DNA from: a bacterium
Lineage (GTDB): Bacteria > Zhuqueibacterota > QNDG01 > DSAB01
NCBI GenBank assembly: GCA_016931965.1
Contig: JAFGDT010000007.1
Location: 1,063 to 65,062, forward strand
Direction of reading: 5' to 3'
Length of the DNA stretch: 64,000 bases
Position numbers and translations under genes: made by a program. Within the stretch, counting starts at the first letter, position 1, and each line of letters starts with the position of its first letter. Below the pieces are notes generated by a model that was not told the DNA's origin, did not search any database, and saw only the letters and a program-made list of their open reading frames with translations. Positions 39,583 through 50,903 of the stretch are shown one piece after another.

Positions 39583-40971
39583 ATGACACGCGGCATGGAA
39601 ACAATGGAACCATCAATGCAAAAAATCCTCTTTTACAGCACCAACCGAAAAGCGCCTGAAGTGGATTTAATCAATGCCCTTTTTACAGGCCAGGCACCTG
39701 ACCGGGGGCTCTACATGCCAAAAACCATCCCGATGTTGAGCCAAGAAGAGATAGCCGCTCTGGCTGATAAAACATATGCGCAGGTCGCTGCGGTGGTCTT
39801 GGGAAAATACACCCTGAACAGTCTTTCACCGGACACATTGCTGAAACTGTGTGAAGAGGCTTATGACTACCCGGTACCACTGGAGCATGTTCAGGCTAAA
39901 ACCTATTTGATGCGGCTGGACCAGGGCCCGACGGCTTCATTTAAAGACTTTGCGGCCCGGATGATGGCCCGTTTATTCGGTACATTCTTAAAAAAAGAGA
40001 AACGTCAGCTTGTTATCTTGACCGCCACAAGTGGTGATACAGGGAGTGCCATCGCCAATGCATTCTATGCTATTCCTAATATAAAAGTGATGGTTCTCTT
40101 TCCACCCAGCGAAGTGAGCAACCGGCAGAGAAAACAGATGACGACGTTGGGTAAAAATGTGACCATTGTTGGCATTGACGGGAAATTTGATGATTGTCAA
40201 GCACTAGTTAAAAAAGCATTTACAGACAACACACTGAAAGAGATTTGGTTGACCTCCGCCAATTCAATTAATATGGGTCGATTGCTCCCGCAGACGGTCT
40301 ATTATTTTTATGCCTATTCACAGCTTGGCAAAGACAATGAACCGGTTTATTTTTCTATCCCATCTGGAAATTTCGGCAATATGATGGGTGCTTTGCTGGC
40401 CAAGCGTATGGGACTTCCCATTGAGCGATTGATCATCGTCACCAACGCAAACAACGAAGTGCCGGTCTACTTTAAGACCCGATCCTATCAAAAAATCGTG
40501 CCCTCCCGTGTATGCATATCCAATGCCATGAATGTGGGGCATCCGAGCAATTTTGCCAGGGTGATTGATCTCTACGGCGGATGGATGGATGAAACAGGAA
40601 CAATTCATCAGCAACCCGATATCGAACATATGCGTCGGGACATGTGGACAATCAGCATTGACGACAAAGAGACCCGTGAAACCATTCGATCGGCGTGGGG
40701 AAAATATAGGTTGATGTTGGAACCGCATGGAGCGACCGGCTGGGCCGGCCTTCAACATTTTATCCGGGAAACCAAAACAGACGGTCTTATGGTATCTGTG
40801 GAAACTGCCCACCCCGCCAAATTTCCCGAAGAGATCGAACAGCTGCTTTCAATCACTCCCCCTGTGCCGAAAAGTATGATCCGCCTTGAAGAGATGAAAG
40901 AATCATACCTCCAATTACCGATTGATTATCAACGTTTTCATCATCTTTTGTTGGAGAAATACAGACGGTGA
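39583..40971 (+). CDS. thrC: Threonine synthase
   Basis: FYSTN, GQAPDRGLYMP, GPTASFKDF, ATSGDTG, PSGNFGN, ETAHPAKF; true start may be a later Met. Confidence 0.93.
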   Translation: MTRGMETMEPSMQKILFYSTNRKAPEVDLINALFTGQAPDRGLYMPKTIPMLSQEEIAALADKTYAQVAAVVLGKYTLNSLSPDTLLKLCEEAYDYPVPLEHVQAKTYLMRLDQGPTASFKDFAARMMARLFGTFLKKEKRQLVILTATSGDTGSAIANAFYAIPNIKVMVLFPPSEVSNRQRKQMTTLGKNVTIVGIDGKFDDCQALVKKAFTDNTLKEIWLTSANSINMGRLLPQTVYYFYAYSQLGKDNEPVYFSIPSGNFGNMMGALLAKRMGLPIERLIIVTNANNEVPVYFKTRSYQKIVPSRVCISNAMNVGHPSNFARVIDLYGGWMDETGTIHQQPDIEHMRRDMWTISIDDKETRETIRSAWGKYRLMLEPHGATGWAGLQHFIRETKTDGLMVSVETAHPAKFPEEIEQLLSITPPVPKSMIRLEEMKESYLQLPIDYQRFHHLLLEKYRR

Positions 40972-42176
40972 AGCATATCATTGTACTCGGTGACGGAATG
41001 TCGGATTATCCGATTCCTGAACTGAACCATAAAACACCGCTCATGGTCGCCAATAAGCCTGCGATGGATTACATCGCCCAACGAGGTCGGACAGGTTCTT
41101 TGCAAACGATTCCTCCGGATATGCCGACAGGTTCCGCTGTGGCCAACTTAACCGTGTTGGGGTATGATCCTCACCAGACATTTCAGGGACGCGGCGTTCT
41201 CGAAGCGGCAAGCCTCGGCATAGAACTATCCCCAAGAGACATGGCGATGAGGGTCAATTTAATTTCAGTTGAAGACAACCGCATTCTTAGCCATTCGGCT
41301 GATCATATTACGAATGAAGAAGCCAGTCAATTAATCCAGTTTCTTCAAATGCATTTTAAAACAATGAAGATTCGGCTTTACCCGGGATTGAGTTACCGTC
41401 ATGTTCTCATCATGCCAGGCGGTGATGCTTCTCTGAAATGCGCCCCTCCCCATGATCATTTGAATCAACTTGTGGAAGCATTGCTTATCGAACCCCTCAC
41501 ACCCAAAGCCCGGGAAACTGCCGATCGTTTGAATCGATTGATCCACGAATCCCATCGTATTCTCCAATCCCATCCGCTGAATATCAAACGGAAAAAAGCG
41601 GGCAAATTACCCGCCAACATGCTCTGGCCCTGGTCCCCCGGTAGAAAACCCGAGATGGAGACATTCCAGAAACGATTCGGGATCAAGGGAGCAGCAATCT
41701 CAGCGGTCGATCTCATCAAAGGTTTGGCTATTTATGCGGGAATGGACATTATTCCTGTGGAAGGGGCCACAGGATTGTACGATACAAATTACGAAAACAA
41801 AGCCGACGCCGCTCTGGATGCACTCAACGACCACGATCTCGTTTTTGTTCATGTCGAGGCACCCGATGAGGCGGGACACGCAAAAAATGTTGAATTGAAA
41901 ATCAAATGCATCGAAGATCTGGATCGACGGTTACTCCGACGGATATTGGATGGATTGACAAATCAGATGAAAGAAACTGTATTGGCGGTCTTGCCGGATC
42001 ACCCCACTCCGATTGTGCATGGAGCTCACACTCGCGAACCGGTACCTGTGGCGATTATGGACCCCCGCATCGATCCAGACCCGGTAGATTGTTTCAACGA
42101 AGAGAGCGTCAAATCAGGAAGTCTGGGATTGATGAAAGGATCTCAATTTATCGAGAAGGTGTTAGGGGAAAAATAG
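40968..42176 (+). CDS. Cofactor-independent phosphoglycerate mutase family protein (ApgM; proposed homoserine kinase subfamily)
   Basis: LGDGMSD, GSAVAN, HVEAPDEAGH, LPDHPTP, HTREPVP; overlaps the thrC stop. Confidence 0.85.
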   Translation: MKHIIVLGDGMSDYPIPELNHKTPLMVANKPAMDYIAQRGRTGSLQTIPPDMPTGSAVANLTVLGYDPHQTFQGRGVLEAASLGIELSPRDMAMRVNLISVEDNRILSHSADHITNEEASQLIQFLQMHFKTMKIRLYPGLSYRHVLIMPGGDASLKCAPPHDHLNQLVEALLIEPLTPKARETADRLNRLIHESHRILQSHPLNIKRKKAGKLPANMLWPWSPGRKPEMETFQKRFGIKGAAISAVDLIKGLAIYAGMDIIPVEGATGLYDTNYENKADAALDALNDHDLVFVHVEAPDEAGHAKNVELKIKCIEDLDRRLLRRILDGLTNQMKETVLAVLPDHPTPIVHGAHTREPVPVAIMDPRIDPDPVDCFNEESVKSGSLGLMKGSQFIEKVLGEK

Positions 42177-42215
42177 ACAAAAAACAGATGATAAAAACAG
42201 ACGGAGGATCATTTT

Positions 42216-43508
42216 ATGAGTCCAATCAATGTACAAGCAGGAGAACTGAACCAGAAGATAGAACAAACTAACGGGTCCATTTACAATTTGCTCTCCGAAA
42301 AAGGAAGAGCAATCTATTTCCCGAAAGCCGGTATTATCAAACAAACAGCCGAAGCCAAAGGAAAGAGATACAATGCAACCATCGGTATGGCCATTGAGGA
42401 TGACGGCACACCGATGCGGCTGCCCTCAATTGCTCAGTATATCTCTCTCGATCCCAAAGAGGTTTTCCCCTATGCACCCAGTTATGGGCTGCCTGAACTG
42501 AGAAAAACATGGCAGAAATGTATTTACGAAAAAAACCCGACGTTAAAGGGCAAAATCAGTCTGCCTGTTGTGACGAATGCATTGACCCATGGATTGAGCA
42601 TAGCCGGTTATATGTTTGTGAATCCCGGGGAGAAGATCATCGTCACGGATAAATTTTGGGGAAATTACCGTCTTATTTTCGAAAACGGATACGGAGGCAT
42701 TCTCAGCCCGTTTAATACATTTGATGGAGAGGGTTTCAATGTCGACAGTTTGAGAAAAAAGCTTTCAGAAGAACCCGGCAAACAGATACTTCTCCTCAAT
42801 TTTCCCAACAATCCAGCTGGATACACACCCACAACGACGGAAATTGAAAAGATCGTTGAAATCCTTCTCGAGAGTGCCAATCAGGGAAACCGCATCGTTG
42901 TCATGATCGACGACGCCTATTTCGGTCTCATTTACAAGCCAGGGATATATGAAGAATCGATTTTCGCAAAACTGGCTGATCTCCATAAAAACATACTCGC
43001 TGTAAAGCTTGATGGTGCCACTAAAGAAGATTTTGTTTGGGGTTTACGGGTTGGATTTATCACCTACGCTTCAAAGAAAATCAGCGAGGAGACATGCCTT
43101 GCTCTGGAAGAGAAAACAGGAGGAGCTGTCAGAGGCAACATTTCCAATGCATCGCACCTGTCCCAGAGTTTGGTATTGAAAGCGATCACGTCGCCGACCT
43201 ACAAAGCCGAAAAAGAGGAAAAATATGATCTGTTGAAATCACGTTTTGAAAAAGTACAGCAGCTGTTAAAAAACAATCAAGACCGGTACGAGGCATATTT
43301 CAAACCATTGCCCTATAACTCGGGCTATTTTATGTGTATTGAACTTCAGAAGGATCTTGATGGCGAAACCATCCGGCGTAAATTATTAGACCAGTATAGT
43401 ACAGGCGTGATTGCCATCGGGAAGCTCTTGAGAATAGCTTATTCATCGCTCGCCGGTAACGATATTCCTGATCTATTTGAAAACATTTACAAAGCCTGCA
43501 CCAAATAG
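42216..43508 (+). CDS. Class I/II PLP-dependent aminotransferase
   Basis: NATIG, NFPNNPAGY, DDAYFG, KLDGATKE..WGLRVGF. Confidence 0.88.
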   Translation: MSPINVQAGELNQKIEQTNGSIYNLLSEKGRAIYFPKAGIIKQTAEAKGKRYNATIGMAIEDDGTPMRLPSIAQYISLDPKEVFPYAPSYGLPELRKTWQKCIYEKNPTLKGKISLPVVTNALTHGLSIAGYMFVNPGEKIIVTDKFWGNYRLIFENGYGGILSPFNTFDGEGFNVDSLRKKLSEEPGKQILLLNFPNNPAGYTPTTTEIEKIVEILLESANQGNRIVVMIDDAYFGLIYKPGIYEESIFAKLADLHKNILAVKLDGATKEDFVWGLRVGFITYASKKISEETCLALEEKTGGAVRGNISNASHLSQSLVLKAITSPTYKAEKEEKYDLLKSRFEKVQQLLKNNQDRYEAYFKPLPYNSGYFMCIELQKDLDGETIRRKLLDQYSTGVIAIGKLLRIAYSSLAGNDIPDLFENIYKACTK

Positions 43509-44034
43509 ACCTTTATAAGCAGAGTACTTTTGGGGAATAATACGAGAATTGACTGTACAACTTTCCTTTTCCTGGAATTTCATCTTCAGGGATTGAGTGA
43601 AGAGAACAATCACTACTGATTGTGGGTGGAAAGACTCTATATGATTCATCCTCTTCACTCTATGGGAAAAACGCAATAGACTTTCACGAAACATGAGTAA
43701 ATGGGCGTTAAAAGAACTATCCCATTGGTGTGTTCTAAAAGTAGGGAAAATTAAAGAATTGGAGAATGGGTAAATATATTCATCTTGCTCATTATTTCTT
43801 GCATTTAATATGATTGATCACCTTTGTTTCAACGGGAAAAAGCATACATGTCTTCCTGTTCCAAACTTTTTATAAACTGTAAGAATCGTTTGGAATGGTT
43901 CCATTATTCCTTCTCCACTACTATTCACCATCCCATTTTCGGAATAAAGCGCGTTTGCTTCAAACAAAGACAACCTTTTATTAACCGATCAAACCATTAA
44001 AAGGATTCAAAACCGTTTATCAAAAAACCCTGTT

Positions 44035-45078
44035 TTATGATGTATAAAACTTAAAAAGTGTAAATTGTGTGTACTTATCCCCCTCATTCAGAATAGTTGA
44101 TGGGAATTTCGATTGATTCGGTGAATCTGGAAAATGCTGCATTTCGAGACAAAATCCGCCATGGGGCTGATATCTTGTACTGTCTTTTCCCACAACTGAA
44201 CCGTCCAGATAATTGCCCGTATAGAATTGAACACCTGGCTCTGTTGTATGTATCTCCATTGCGCGACCACTCGTTGGTTCCCAGACACGTGCAGCCAGAT
44301 CGAGCTTTTCATCTCCTTTGGCAAGTACCAGATTGTGATCATATCCCTTGTCCATTTTATCAATCCTTTCTCCTATTTTTCTGGGTTTTGTAAAATCGAG
44401 CGGTGTATTTTTCACAGAACGGATGTCACCTACAGGAATCATATTTTTATCAACCGGTGTATACGTATCCGCCATCACAAATAATTCATGATTAAGAACG
44501 GATCCAGCACTTTGAGAAGCCAGATTGAAATAGGTGTGATTCGTCAGATTGACCGGAGTCGGTTTGTTGGTTGTGGCTTCGTAAATCATTTGTAATGCAT
44601 TGTCATTCGTTAGTGAATAAGTGATCATACATGAAAGATCCCCTGGATAACCCTCTTCCCCATCATGACTGAGATAATGAAGTTTAACACCAACTACATC
44701 TTCTGTTTCAAAAGATTCCGCATTCCAGACGACCCTGTCGAATCCTCTGAATCCACCATGGAGATGATTCGGACCATCGTTGACCGTTAAATGATATTCG
44801 ACCCCGTTGATCTTGAACTGGCCTTTTTTGATCCGGTTCGCATACCGTCCGATAATCCCTCCGAAATGAGGACTATTCCCTTTGAGATATCCTTCAAGTT
44901 GGTCAAAGCCAAGGACGATATCTTCAACATTTCCTTCCCGATCTGGAACCTCAATTGAGGCCACAATGCTGCCATAGGTGATGATCCCGACCTTCATGCC
45001 AAGATCATTGGTCAGTTTATAAAGATCAATTTGAACATCTGTTTCTGTCTTTCCAAAAGATGATTTATGAATATTCAT
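44035..45078 (-). CDS. galM: Aldose 1-epimerase
   Basis: GRYANRI, NHLHGG, NLTNHTYFNL, GFCLEMQHFPDSPN; start MNIHK. Confidence 0.93.
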   Translation of the reverse strand: MNIHKSSFGKTETDVQIDLYKLTNDLGMKVGIITYGSIVASIEVPDREGNVEDIVLGFDQLEGYLKGNSPHFGGIIGRYANRIKKGQFKINGVEYHLTVNDGPNHLHGGFRGFDRVVWNAESFETEDVVGVKLHYLSHDGEEGYPGDLSCMITYSLTNDNALQMIYEATTNKPTPVNLTNHTYFNLASQSAGSVLNHELFVMADTYTPVDKNMIPVGDIRSVKNTPLDFTKPRKIGERIDKMDKGYDHNLVLAKGDEKLDLAARVWEPTSGRAMEIHTTEPGVQFYTGNYLDGSVVGKDSTRYQPHGGFCLEMQHFPDSPNQSKFPSTILNEGDKYTQFTLFKFYTS

Positions 45079-45192
45079 TGTATTCCTCCTTCCTTTGATT
45101 TTTCCCAGTTCTTGATTCAAAAAGCTGATAATTATAAATACTACAATATGAAAAGTGCAATTATAAAAACGATAACCTCTTCATAAAATGAT

Positions 45193-47205
45193 TCATACTG
45201 GCAACGAGTTGGATACTTCTTTGACAACTTGCAACAACTTATTTGAATCATAGGGTTTTTCTAAATAGGAAAATTTCTTATGTTTGATATCAGGCCATCT
45301 CGATTTACAATCGGCATAACCACTATTCAACAAAACTCTGAGATCCGGTTTCCTAATCAGCAACTCGTTGATTAATTCAATCCCATTCCTCCCCGGCAAA
45401 ACAACATCACAAATGATGATCTGAAAATCCGCATTCATTTTCTGAAAAATATTGATTGCCTCTTCTGCATTTGAAGCTGTATGTACAACATAACCGCCTT
45501 GTTTCAAACAATTGGCTGTAAAATTGCGTAATTTCTTTTCATCTTCGACGAGCAACACTTTTTCCCCATCTCCGGAAAATTCCTGATTCCCAAACAAAAC
45601 TGGATTTTCATTCTCATCTTCCAATTTGTTTAATAAAGCTGGCAAATAAATTTGAAAAGTTGAACCATAATCCACCTCACTTTGCACTTGAATCCAGCCG
45701 TTATGTTGTCTGACGATGCGACGAACGATGGAAAGCCCCAGTCCTGTACCTTTTCCGGCTTTTTTGGTACTGAAAAATGGATTAAAAATGCGTTTGATCG
45801 TATTTTTATCCATACCTGTACCGTTATCTGAAATGATAATGCGAACATACCGACCTGGATGAGATTCGGGAGTTTCTTCAGGTTGAGTCTTATGAACAAT
45901 CGTATTTTCAGTCTTTATGATCAATTCCCCCCCCTCTGGCATGGCATCTCTCGCGTTGATGGCCAGATTCATAATGACCTGTTCTATTCTTCCTCGATCG
46001 GCATGTAAACTCCATAAATCGGATGCAAGTTGGCTACTGATTCTGATATCTTCACCAATTAAAGGCTGAAGCATTTTCATTAAATTCAAAATGGTTTCAT
46101 TCAGATCAATAACAGCATATTTTTGAGTTTGTTTACAATTGAAAAGAAACAATTGTCTTATCAGTTCGGCTGCCCTTTTCCCGGCAACCTGAATATCAAT
46201 GAGATCTTGATAAATGTGATCTGTCTTATTAATCTGCTCCAATGCCATATCTGTAAATACCAAAATGGCTGTTACCAAATTATTAAAATCATGCGCAATT
46301 CCACTCACTAGAACACCGATCATTTCAAACTTTTGAATATAGAGAAGTTGTTTTTCTATACTCTCTTTTTCCTCTTTCAATTCTTTTTGCGATTCATGAA
46401 CCCTCATTGCCCAAATTCCGTAAGCAAGATTGTCTGCCAATCTCTCTAACAAATCAATTTCCCCCTCTATAAAACAATATTCCTTTTCCGAGTATATATT
46501 CAATACACCTATAACTTCATCATCATATTTCAAAGGAAAACTCACAACAGATAAGAATCCTCTTTCGATTGCTTCAGATTTCCATAATTGATGACTTGAT
46601 ATTGACCGAATTCTTTGAAGTAGACAAGGTTGACATGTCAGAATGGCTTTATGGATTGGATTATCATTTGCATTGTTCTCTCGAAGTTCAGATACAACTG
46701 TTTCAAGATATTCTCCATTACATCCTGCTTTCGATATTGGGCGAATATTTTTCGAACCGTTTTTATCAATAAAACCCACCCAAACAAAAGCATACTGTCC
46801 AATATGAACAAGCAGATTGCATATATCGCGAGTCAAAGAGGACTCATCTTTGGCTTTGACAAGAACCCTGTTGCTTTCAATGAAGACCATTCGTGCTCGA
46901 TTGATTCTAACCTGTGTTTCACGTGAATTTTCTTTATCTATTATGGTATTCTCTGGTTCTTTTCGAGACTGATTTATTGATTTCACATAAATACCGAAAA
47001 ACAGGAAGATACAAATACCCAGTAGACGAATCCAGAAAGACAAGGCATCAGGGAATAAGAACCTTTCAAATAGAGACTCTTTCTCCAATAATATGATATC
47101 CTTGATGGATTCAACAAACCAGTATAATACACTGAAACTGATACCCACCAAAACCAAATGAATCATTTTCTTACTGACTATTTTCCCCTCTATCATATCA
47201 TCCAT
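45193..47205 (-). CDS. Hybrid sensor kinase: 2 TM, GAF, HisKA, HATPase, receiver
   Basis: GIAHDFNN, NLAINARDAM, DNGTG, FFSTK..GKGTGLGL, C-terminal LLVEDE. Confidence 0.92.
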   Translation of the reverse strand: MDDMIEGKIVSKKMIHLVLVGISFSVLYWFVESIKDIILLEKESLFERFLFPDALSFWIRLLGICIFLFFGIYVKSINQSRKEPENTIIDKENSRETQVRINRARMVFIESNRVLVKAKDESSLTRDICNLLVHIGQYAFVWVGFIDKNGSKNIRPISKAGCNGEYLETVVSELRENNANDNPIHKAILTCQPCLLQRIRSISSHQLWKSEAIERGFLSVVSFPLKYDDEVIGVLNIYSEKEYCFIEGEIDLLERLADNLAYGIWAMRVHESQKELKEEKESIEKQLLYIQKFEMIGVLVSGIAHDFNNLVTAILVFTDMALEQINKTDHIYQDLIDIQVAGKRAAELIRQLFLFNCKQTQKYAVIDLNETILNLMKMLQPLIGEDIRISSQLASDLWSLHADRGRIEQVIMNLAINARDAMPEGGELIIKTENTIVHKTQPEETPESHPGRYVRIIISDNGTGMDKNTIKRIFNPFFSTKKAGKGTGLGLSIVRRIVRQHNGWIQVQSEVDYGSTFQIYLPALLNKLEDENENPVLFGNQEFSGDGEKVLLVEDEKKLRNFTANCLKQGGYVVHTASNAEEAINIFQKMNADFQIIICDVVLPGRNGIELINELLIRKPDLRVLLNSGYADCKSRWPDIKHKKFSYLEKPYDSNKLLQVVKEVSNSLPV

Positions 47206-47385
47206 TTTTAAATTTATCTTTACTTTACAAATCTCAACTCACCTCACAATTCTTATGGTTAGAGATGAACGTGCTCCTTTTCATATTTCAGTATTTTTAA
47301 AAAACAGAAAAAACCAAACAAGAAAAATATAATATGCAAATTATTGCCTCTATTTAATTTTATTCTCGCCTATTAACCATTTGAT

Positions 47386-47400
47386 ACAATAGCCATGCCA
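47386..47400 (-). promoter_or_regulatory. Possible sigma54 -24/-12 site
   Basis: TGGCATGGCTATTGT versus consensus TGGCAC-N5-TTGC; ~180 nt upstream of the hybrid kinase. Confidence 0.35.
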
Positions 47401-47624
47401 ATATTTGGTAAATATTAATTAAAAATATTTAATTATGTATAAATTAGAAAATGTTGTAAAAGTTTGGAAAAGTTACTTTAAAAGAAGGTTATGAAAGAAA
47501 TGAAATAAATTGATCTTAAGGAAATTATATCATTATGGAATCGGAAAATATTACCCATATCCACATCCGTCAAAAAATACCCTTTTATTGTTAAGTATTT
47601 TATAAACATTCACAATAAAAATAT

Positions 47625-48251
47625 CTAATTTGATAATTCAACATTAAAAAACATTTTTTCCAATACATTTTTAGAAAACCGCCATTGGCCTCCAATTTTT
47701 AAAGCGGGTATTTTACCTTTATGCACTAGATTATAAACCGTTTTTTCGGTTACATGAAAAAATCGAGCCGTTTCTTTAATACTAAAAATTTGATAATCAG
47801 AATGACGCACGCTCACTTCATTATCTTGATGTTTGCTGGTATAAAAATGAATACAATTTTTTACTTTTGATAAAAGAATATCCAAATTTAAAGGTTTGCA
47901 CATGTAATCATAAGCACCAATGTTCAATCCCTTTAAAATATCCTGTTCATCAATAAATTGACCCGACATAAAAATACAAGGAATGTCATAAAATTCCAAT
48001 TTACTTTTTTGGCATGTGATAAAAAAATCATATCCCTTCATGTCTGGTAAACTTATATCCACAAGCATCAGATTCGGTTTAAACGATTGGGTCGTTTTAT
48101 TCCCTCCATAAATTCCCAGAACTTCAAGGGCTTCACTGCTATTTGAACAAGTTTTAATTAAATAATGCTTTCTTGAAAGATATATTTTCACCAATTTTCT
48201 AATATACTCATCATCATCAACAAGCAGTATCCTTCCTGCTTCATGAACCAT
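47625..48251 (-). CDS. Response regulator: receiver plus excisionase-type (HTH_17) DNA-binding domain
   Basis: ILLVDDD...DISLPD...KP; C-terminus SIKETARFFHVTEKTVYNLVHKGKIPALKIGGQWRF. Confidence 0.85.
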   Translation of the reverse strand: MVHEAGRILLVDDDEYIRKLVKIYLSRKHYLIKTCSNSSEALEVLGIYGGNKTTQSFKPNLMLVDISLPDMKGYDFFITCQKSKLEFYDIPCIFMSGQFIDEQDILKGLNIGAYDYMCKPLNLDILLSKVKNCIHFYTSKHQDNEVSVRHSDYQIFSIKETARFFHVTEKTVYNLVHKGKIPALKIGGQWRFSKNVLEKMFFNVELSN

Positions 48252-48551
48252 GACAATTTCTCCTTAAGTTACCAAGGAAATTGAACAAATTACACAAAAA
48301 AAGATTGTCTTTCATATTCATATTCTCAGATTGTATCCTACCAATGTCAGGAGTATTTACAGCATGGGGTATTCTATTTTATTTATCGACCAGTAATAGA
48401 CCTTCTAAATAATTCGAATCTCCCTGAAAAATGATTTTTATACAACCGGCTATTTACAATGAATACCACACCCTCACTTATAGCCATTTCTTAACAACCA
48501 TTCCTAATCTGCTTTAATCACACTACTTCCTTATATTCATGTAACAAAACA

Positions 48552-48914
48552 CTATGACAAAAAGTTAACCTTTCTTTCCAATGCCTTTACCAGTTTCTGC
48601 AACTTTACGGGTTTTTTAAAAATGATATAGTGTTCTGATTTGATAGAATAGTAATAAGCTGAAAGTATAATAATTCTTAAGGATGGATATATCGTTGACA
48701 CATAATCGGCTATCCAGAATCCATTCAATCCGGGCATCCGAGCATCGACAACAATGCTTTCGACTTTGTCATTTTGTTTTTGGTTCACCTGTAAAAATTC
48801 CAGGGCTTCCACTCCGCTACCGGCTTCATAGGTTTGATATCCCATGGTTTCAAGACCAATTGATAGGGAACGACGAAAATGGGTGTCATCATCCACCAGC
48901 AACACACTTTTCAT
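48552..48914 (-). CDS. Single-domain response regulator
   Basis: VLLVDDD, DARMPG, KP. Confidence 0.88.
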   Translation of the reverse strand: MKSVLLVDDDTHFRRSLSIGLETMGYQTYEAGSGVEALEFLQVNQKQNDKVESIVVDARMPGLNGFWIADYVSTIYPSLRIIILSAYYYSIKSEHYIIFKKPVKLQKLVKALERKVNFLS

Positions 48915-48973
48915 TTAAATCCCTCCATATCAAATCTATTTTATCTTTATATGTGAAAGAGATGGACACATCT

Positions 48974-49342
48974 CTAAACCCAATGATTTTGAAGTGATTG
49001 ATTCATGACGGATAACATCTGTTGCATATTGAATGGTTTTTTCAAAAACGGACACCCATTCGCCTCTCCTTGAAGTTCAAACGCGGATATAAGAATAACT
49101 GGCAGTGATGGATAATTTTGTTGTATTTTGCTGAATAGTTGTGTCCCATTTAGGCCATCCATTTTCATATCGCTGATCACCAAATCCGGCATACCCTTTT
49201 GTAACTGAAAATGTTTATCCAGATACATTAACGCTTCATCGCCACTCTGAACCTCTGTAACATGAAAACCTTCGAACTCCAATTGAATCAGCAATGATCT
49301 GCGAAAATTATGGTCATCATCAACAAGAAGGACGTGTAACAT
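48974..49342 (-). CDS. Single-domain response regulator
   Basis: VLLVDDD, DMKMDG, KKPF. Confidence 0.88.
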   Translation of the reverse strand: MLHVLLVDDDHNFRRSLLIQLEFEGFHVTEVQSGDEALMYLDKHFQLQKGMPDLVISDMKMDGLNGTQLFSKIQQNYPSLPVILISAFELQGEANGCPFLKKPFNMQQMLSVMNQSLQNHWV

Positions 49343-49384
49343 ACTGTTAATCTCAAATATTGATTATAATTAATAAAATTGATG

Positions 49385-49399
49385 TCAATTTTCATGCCA
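49385..49399 (-). promoter_or_regulatory. Possible sigma54 -24/-12 site
   Basis: TGGCATGAAAATTGA, 43 nt upstream of 48974-49342. Confidence 0.3.
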
Positions 49400-49556
49400 A
49401 GAATATCAAATAATTATTATTCTCATGAATGAATATATGACCAAAAATAATTAATTAAATATAATTGAATATAAAATTAGGAAGGTAAAATAAGCATTAA
49501 CCAAGATTGAGGTGTTCAATATCTGACACATTAAATTTCATTTTATACATTCATAA

Positions 49557-50903
49557 TTACGCAATACCATAGCTTTTCAATCTTGATATTAAGGTAGTTC
49601 GTGATAATTTCAGTATTTCCGATGCCCTTTTCTTATTCCCACCTGTTTTATGGTAAACAGATAATATATATTTCTTTTCTACTTCTGCCAGCGGTAGATC
49701 GCCCTCACCGATCATTTCATTTCCATTTTCTTGCATATTGAAAAATTTTAGAGGCAGATCATCCATATTGATTTCATTGGTTTTTGTAACAATCAAGGCA
49801 TGTTCGATTGTGTTTTCCAATTCTCTCACATTTCCAGGCCATGAATAGTCTTGAAAAAGACGATATACGGTAGGATGAAGATGATAAATCGGTTTTCCCA
49901 TTCGCTTGGAATAGTTATCCAAAAAGCGCTGAGTCAAATCGGAGATATCTTCTCTGCGTTCTCGTAATGGAGGAATATAAATTTCTGCAACAGACAAACG
50001 ATAGAAAAGATCTTCTCGAAACTTCCCATTGCGAATATCTTTCCGTAAGTCCCTGTTGGTTGATGCAATAATACGAACATCCGATTTTCGTTCTTCCACC
50101 TCTCCTATACGCCGAAAAAGTCCATTGTCGAGGAATCGAAGCAACCGCACCTGAAAAGCGGGCGGTGCTTCTCCAATCTCGTCCAACAACAATGTTCCTC
50201 CATCAGCTTCTTCAATCAGACCCCGTTTTGTAATTGTGGCCCCAGTAAATGCCCCTTTACAATGTCCAAAAAGTTCACTATCTAAAAGTGTATCAGGGAA
50301 TGCACCGCAGTTAATAGGCACAAAAGGTCCATCTTTTCTGTTGCCGAGATGATGAATAGCTATGGCAACCAGCTCTTTTCCAACCCCACTTTCACCTTGT
50401 ACCAAAACAGGAACAACCCGATCTGCGTAGAGTGTGACTTTATGCATTACATCCCGCATGGAATCACTCACCGTAACAATATCATCATAAAGATAGTGAT
50501 CAGCAATAACAGCTTTGAGATGCTTAATCGTTTGCTTCAGATCCATTTGGTTAAAAACATTTTTCAGAATCACCTGTAAATGATCCATTGAAAACGGTTT
50601 GACAATAAAATTAAATGCGCCTAATTGCATCGCTTTCACCGCTTTGGAAATTGTCCCATGTGCACTCATGAGAATGACTTCTGTAACAGGACTCAGCTCT
50701 TTTACTTTCCGTAAAAGTTCAATCCCCCCCATCCCTTCCATAACCAAATCAGTTAACATAACGTCATAAACATCACGAGTAACAAAATCGAGTGCTTCCT
50801 TACCACTGGAGGCTTCACTTGTTCGGTATCCCCATTCTTCAAGAGCAATACTCAAACTGCGACGCATGTTTTTTTCGTCATCAACAACCAGAATATTAGG
50901 CAT
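49557..50903 (-). CDS. Sigma54-dependent NtrC-family response regulator
   Basis: Receiver; [24 protein letters not shown]; Fis-type HTH. Confidence 0.95.
   Translation of the reverse strand: MPNILVVDDEKNMRRSLSIALEEWGYRTSEASSGKEALDFVTRDVYDVMLTDLVMEGMGGIELLRKVKELSPVTEVILMSAHGTISKAVKAMQLGAFNFIVKPFSMDHLQVILKNVFNQMDLKQTIKHLKAVIADHYLYDDIVTVSDSMRDVMHKVTLYADRVVPVLVQGESGVGKELVAIAIHHLGNRKDGPFVPINCGAFPDTLLDSELFGHCKGAFTGATITKRGLIEEADGGTLLLDEIGEAPPAFQVRLLRFLDNGLFRRIGEVEERKSDVRIIASTNRDLRKDIRNGKFREDLFYRLSVAEIYIPPLRERREDISDLTQRFLDNYSKRMGKPIYHLHPTVYRLFQDYSWPGNVRELENTIEHALIVTKTNEINMDDLPLKFFNMQENGNEMIGEGDLPLAEVEKKYILSVYHKTGGNKKRASEILKLSRTTLISRLKSYGIA

Noticed and set aside
43473-43694. 73-aa ORF between the aminotransferase and galM
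   Set aside because: No motif, overlaps the convergent gene end; not supportable as a gene.
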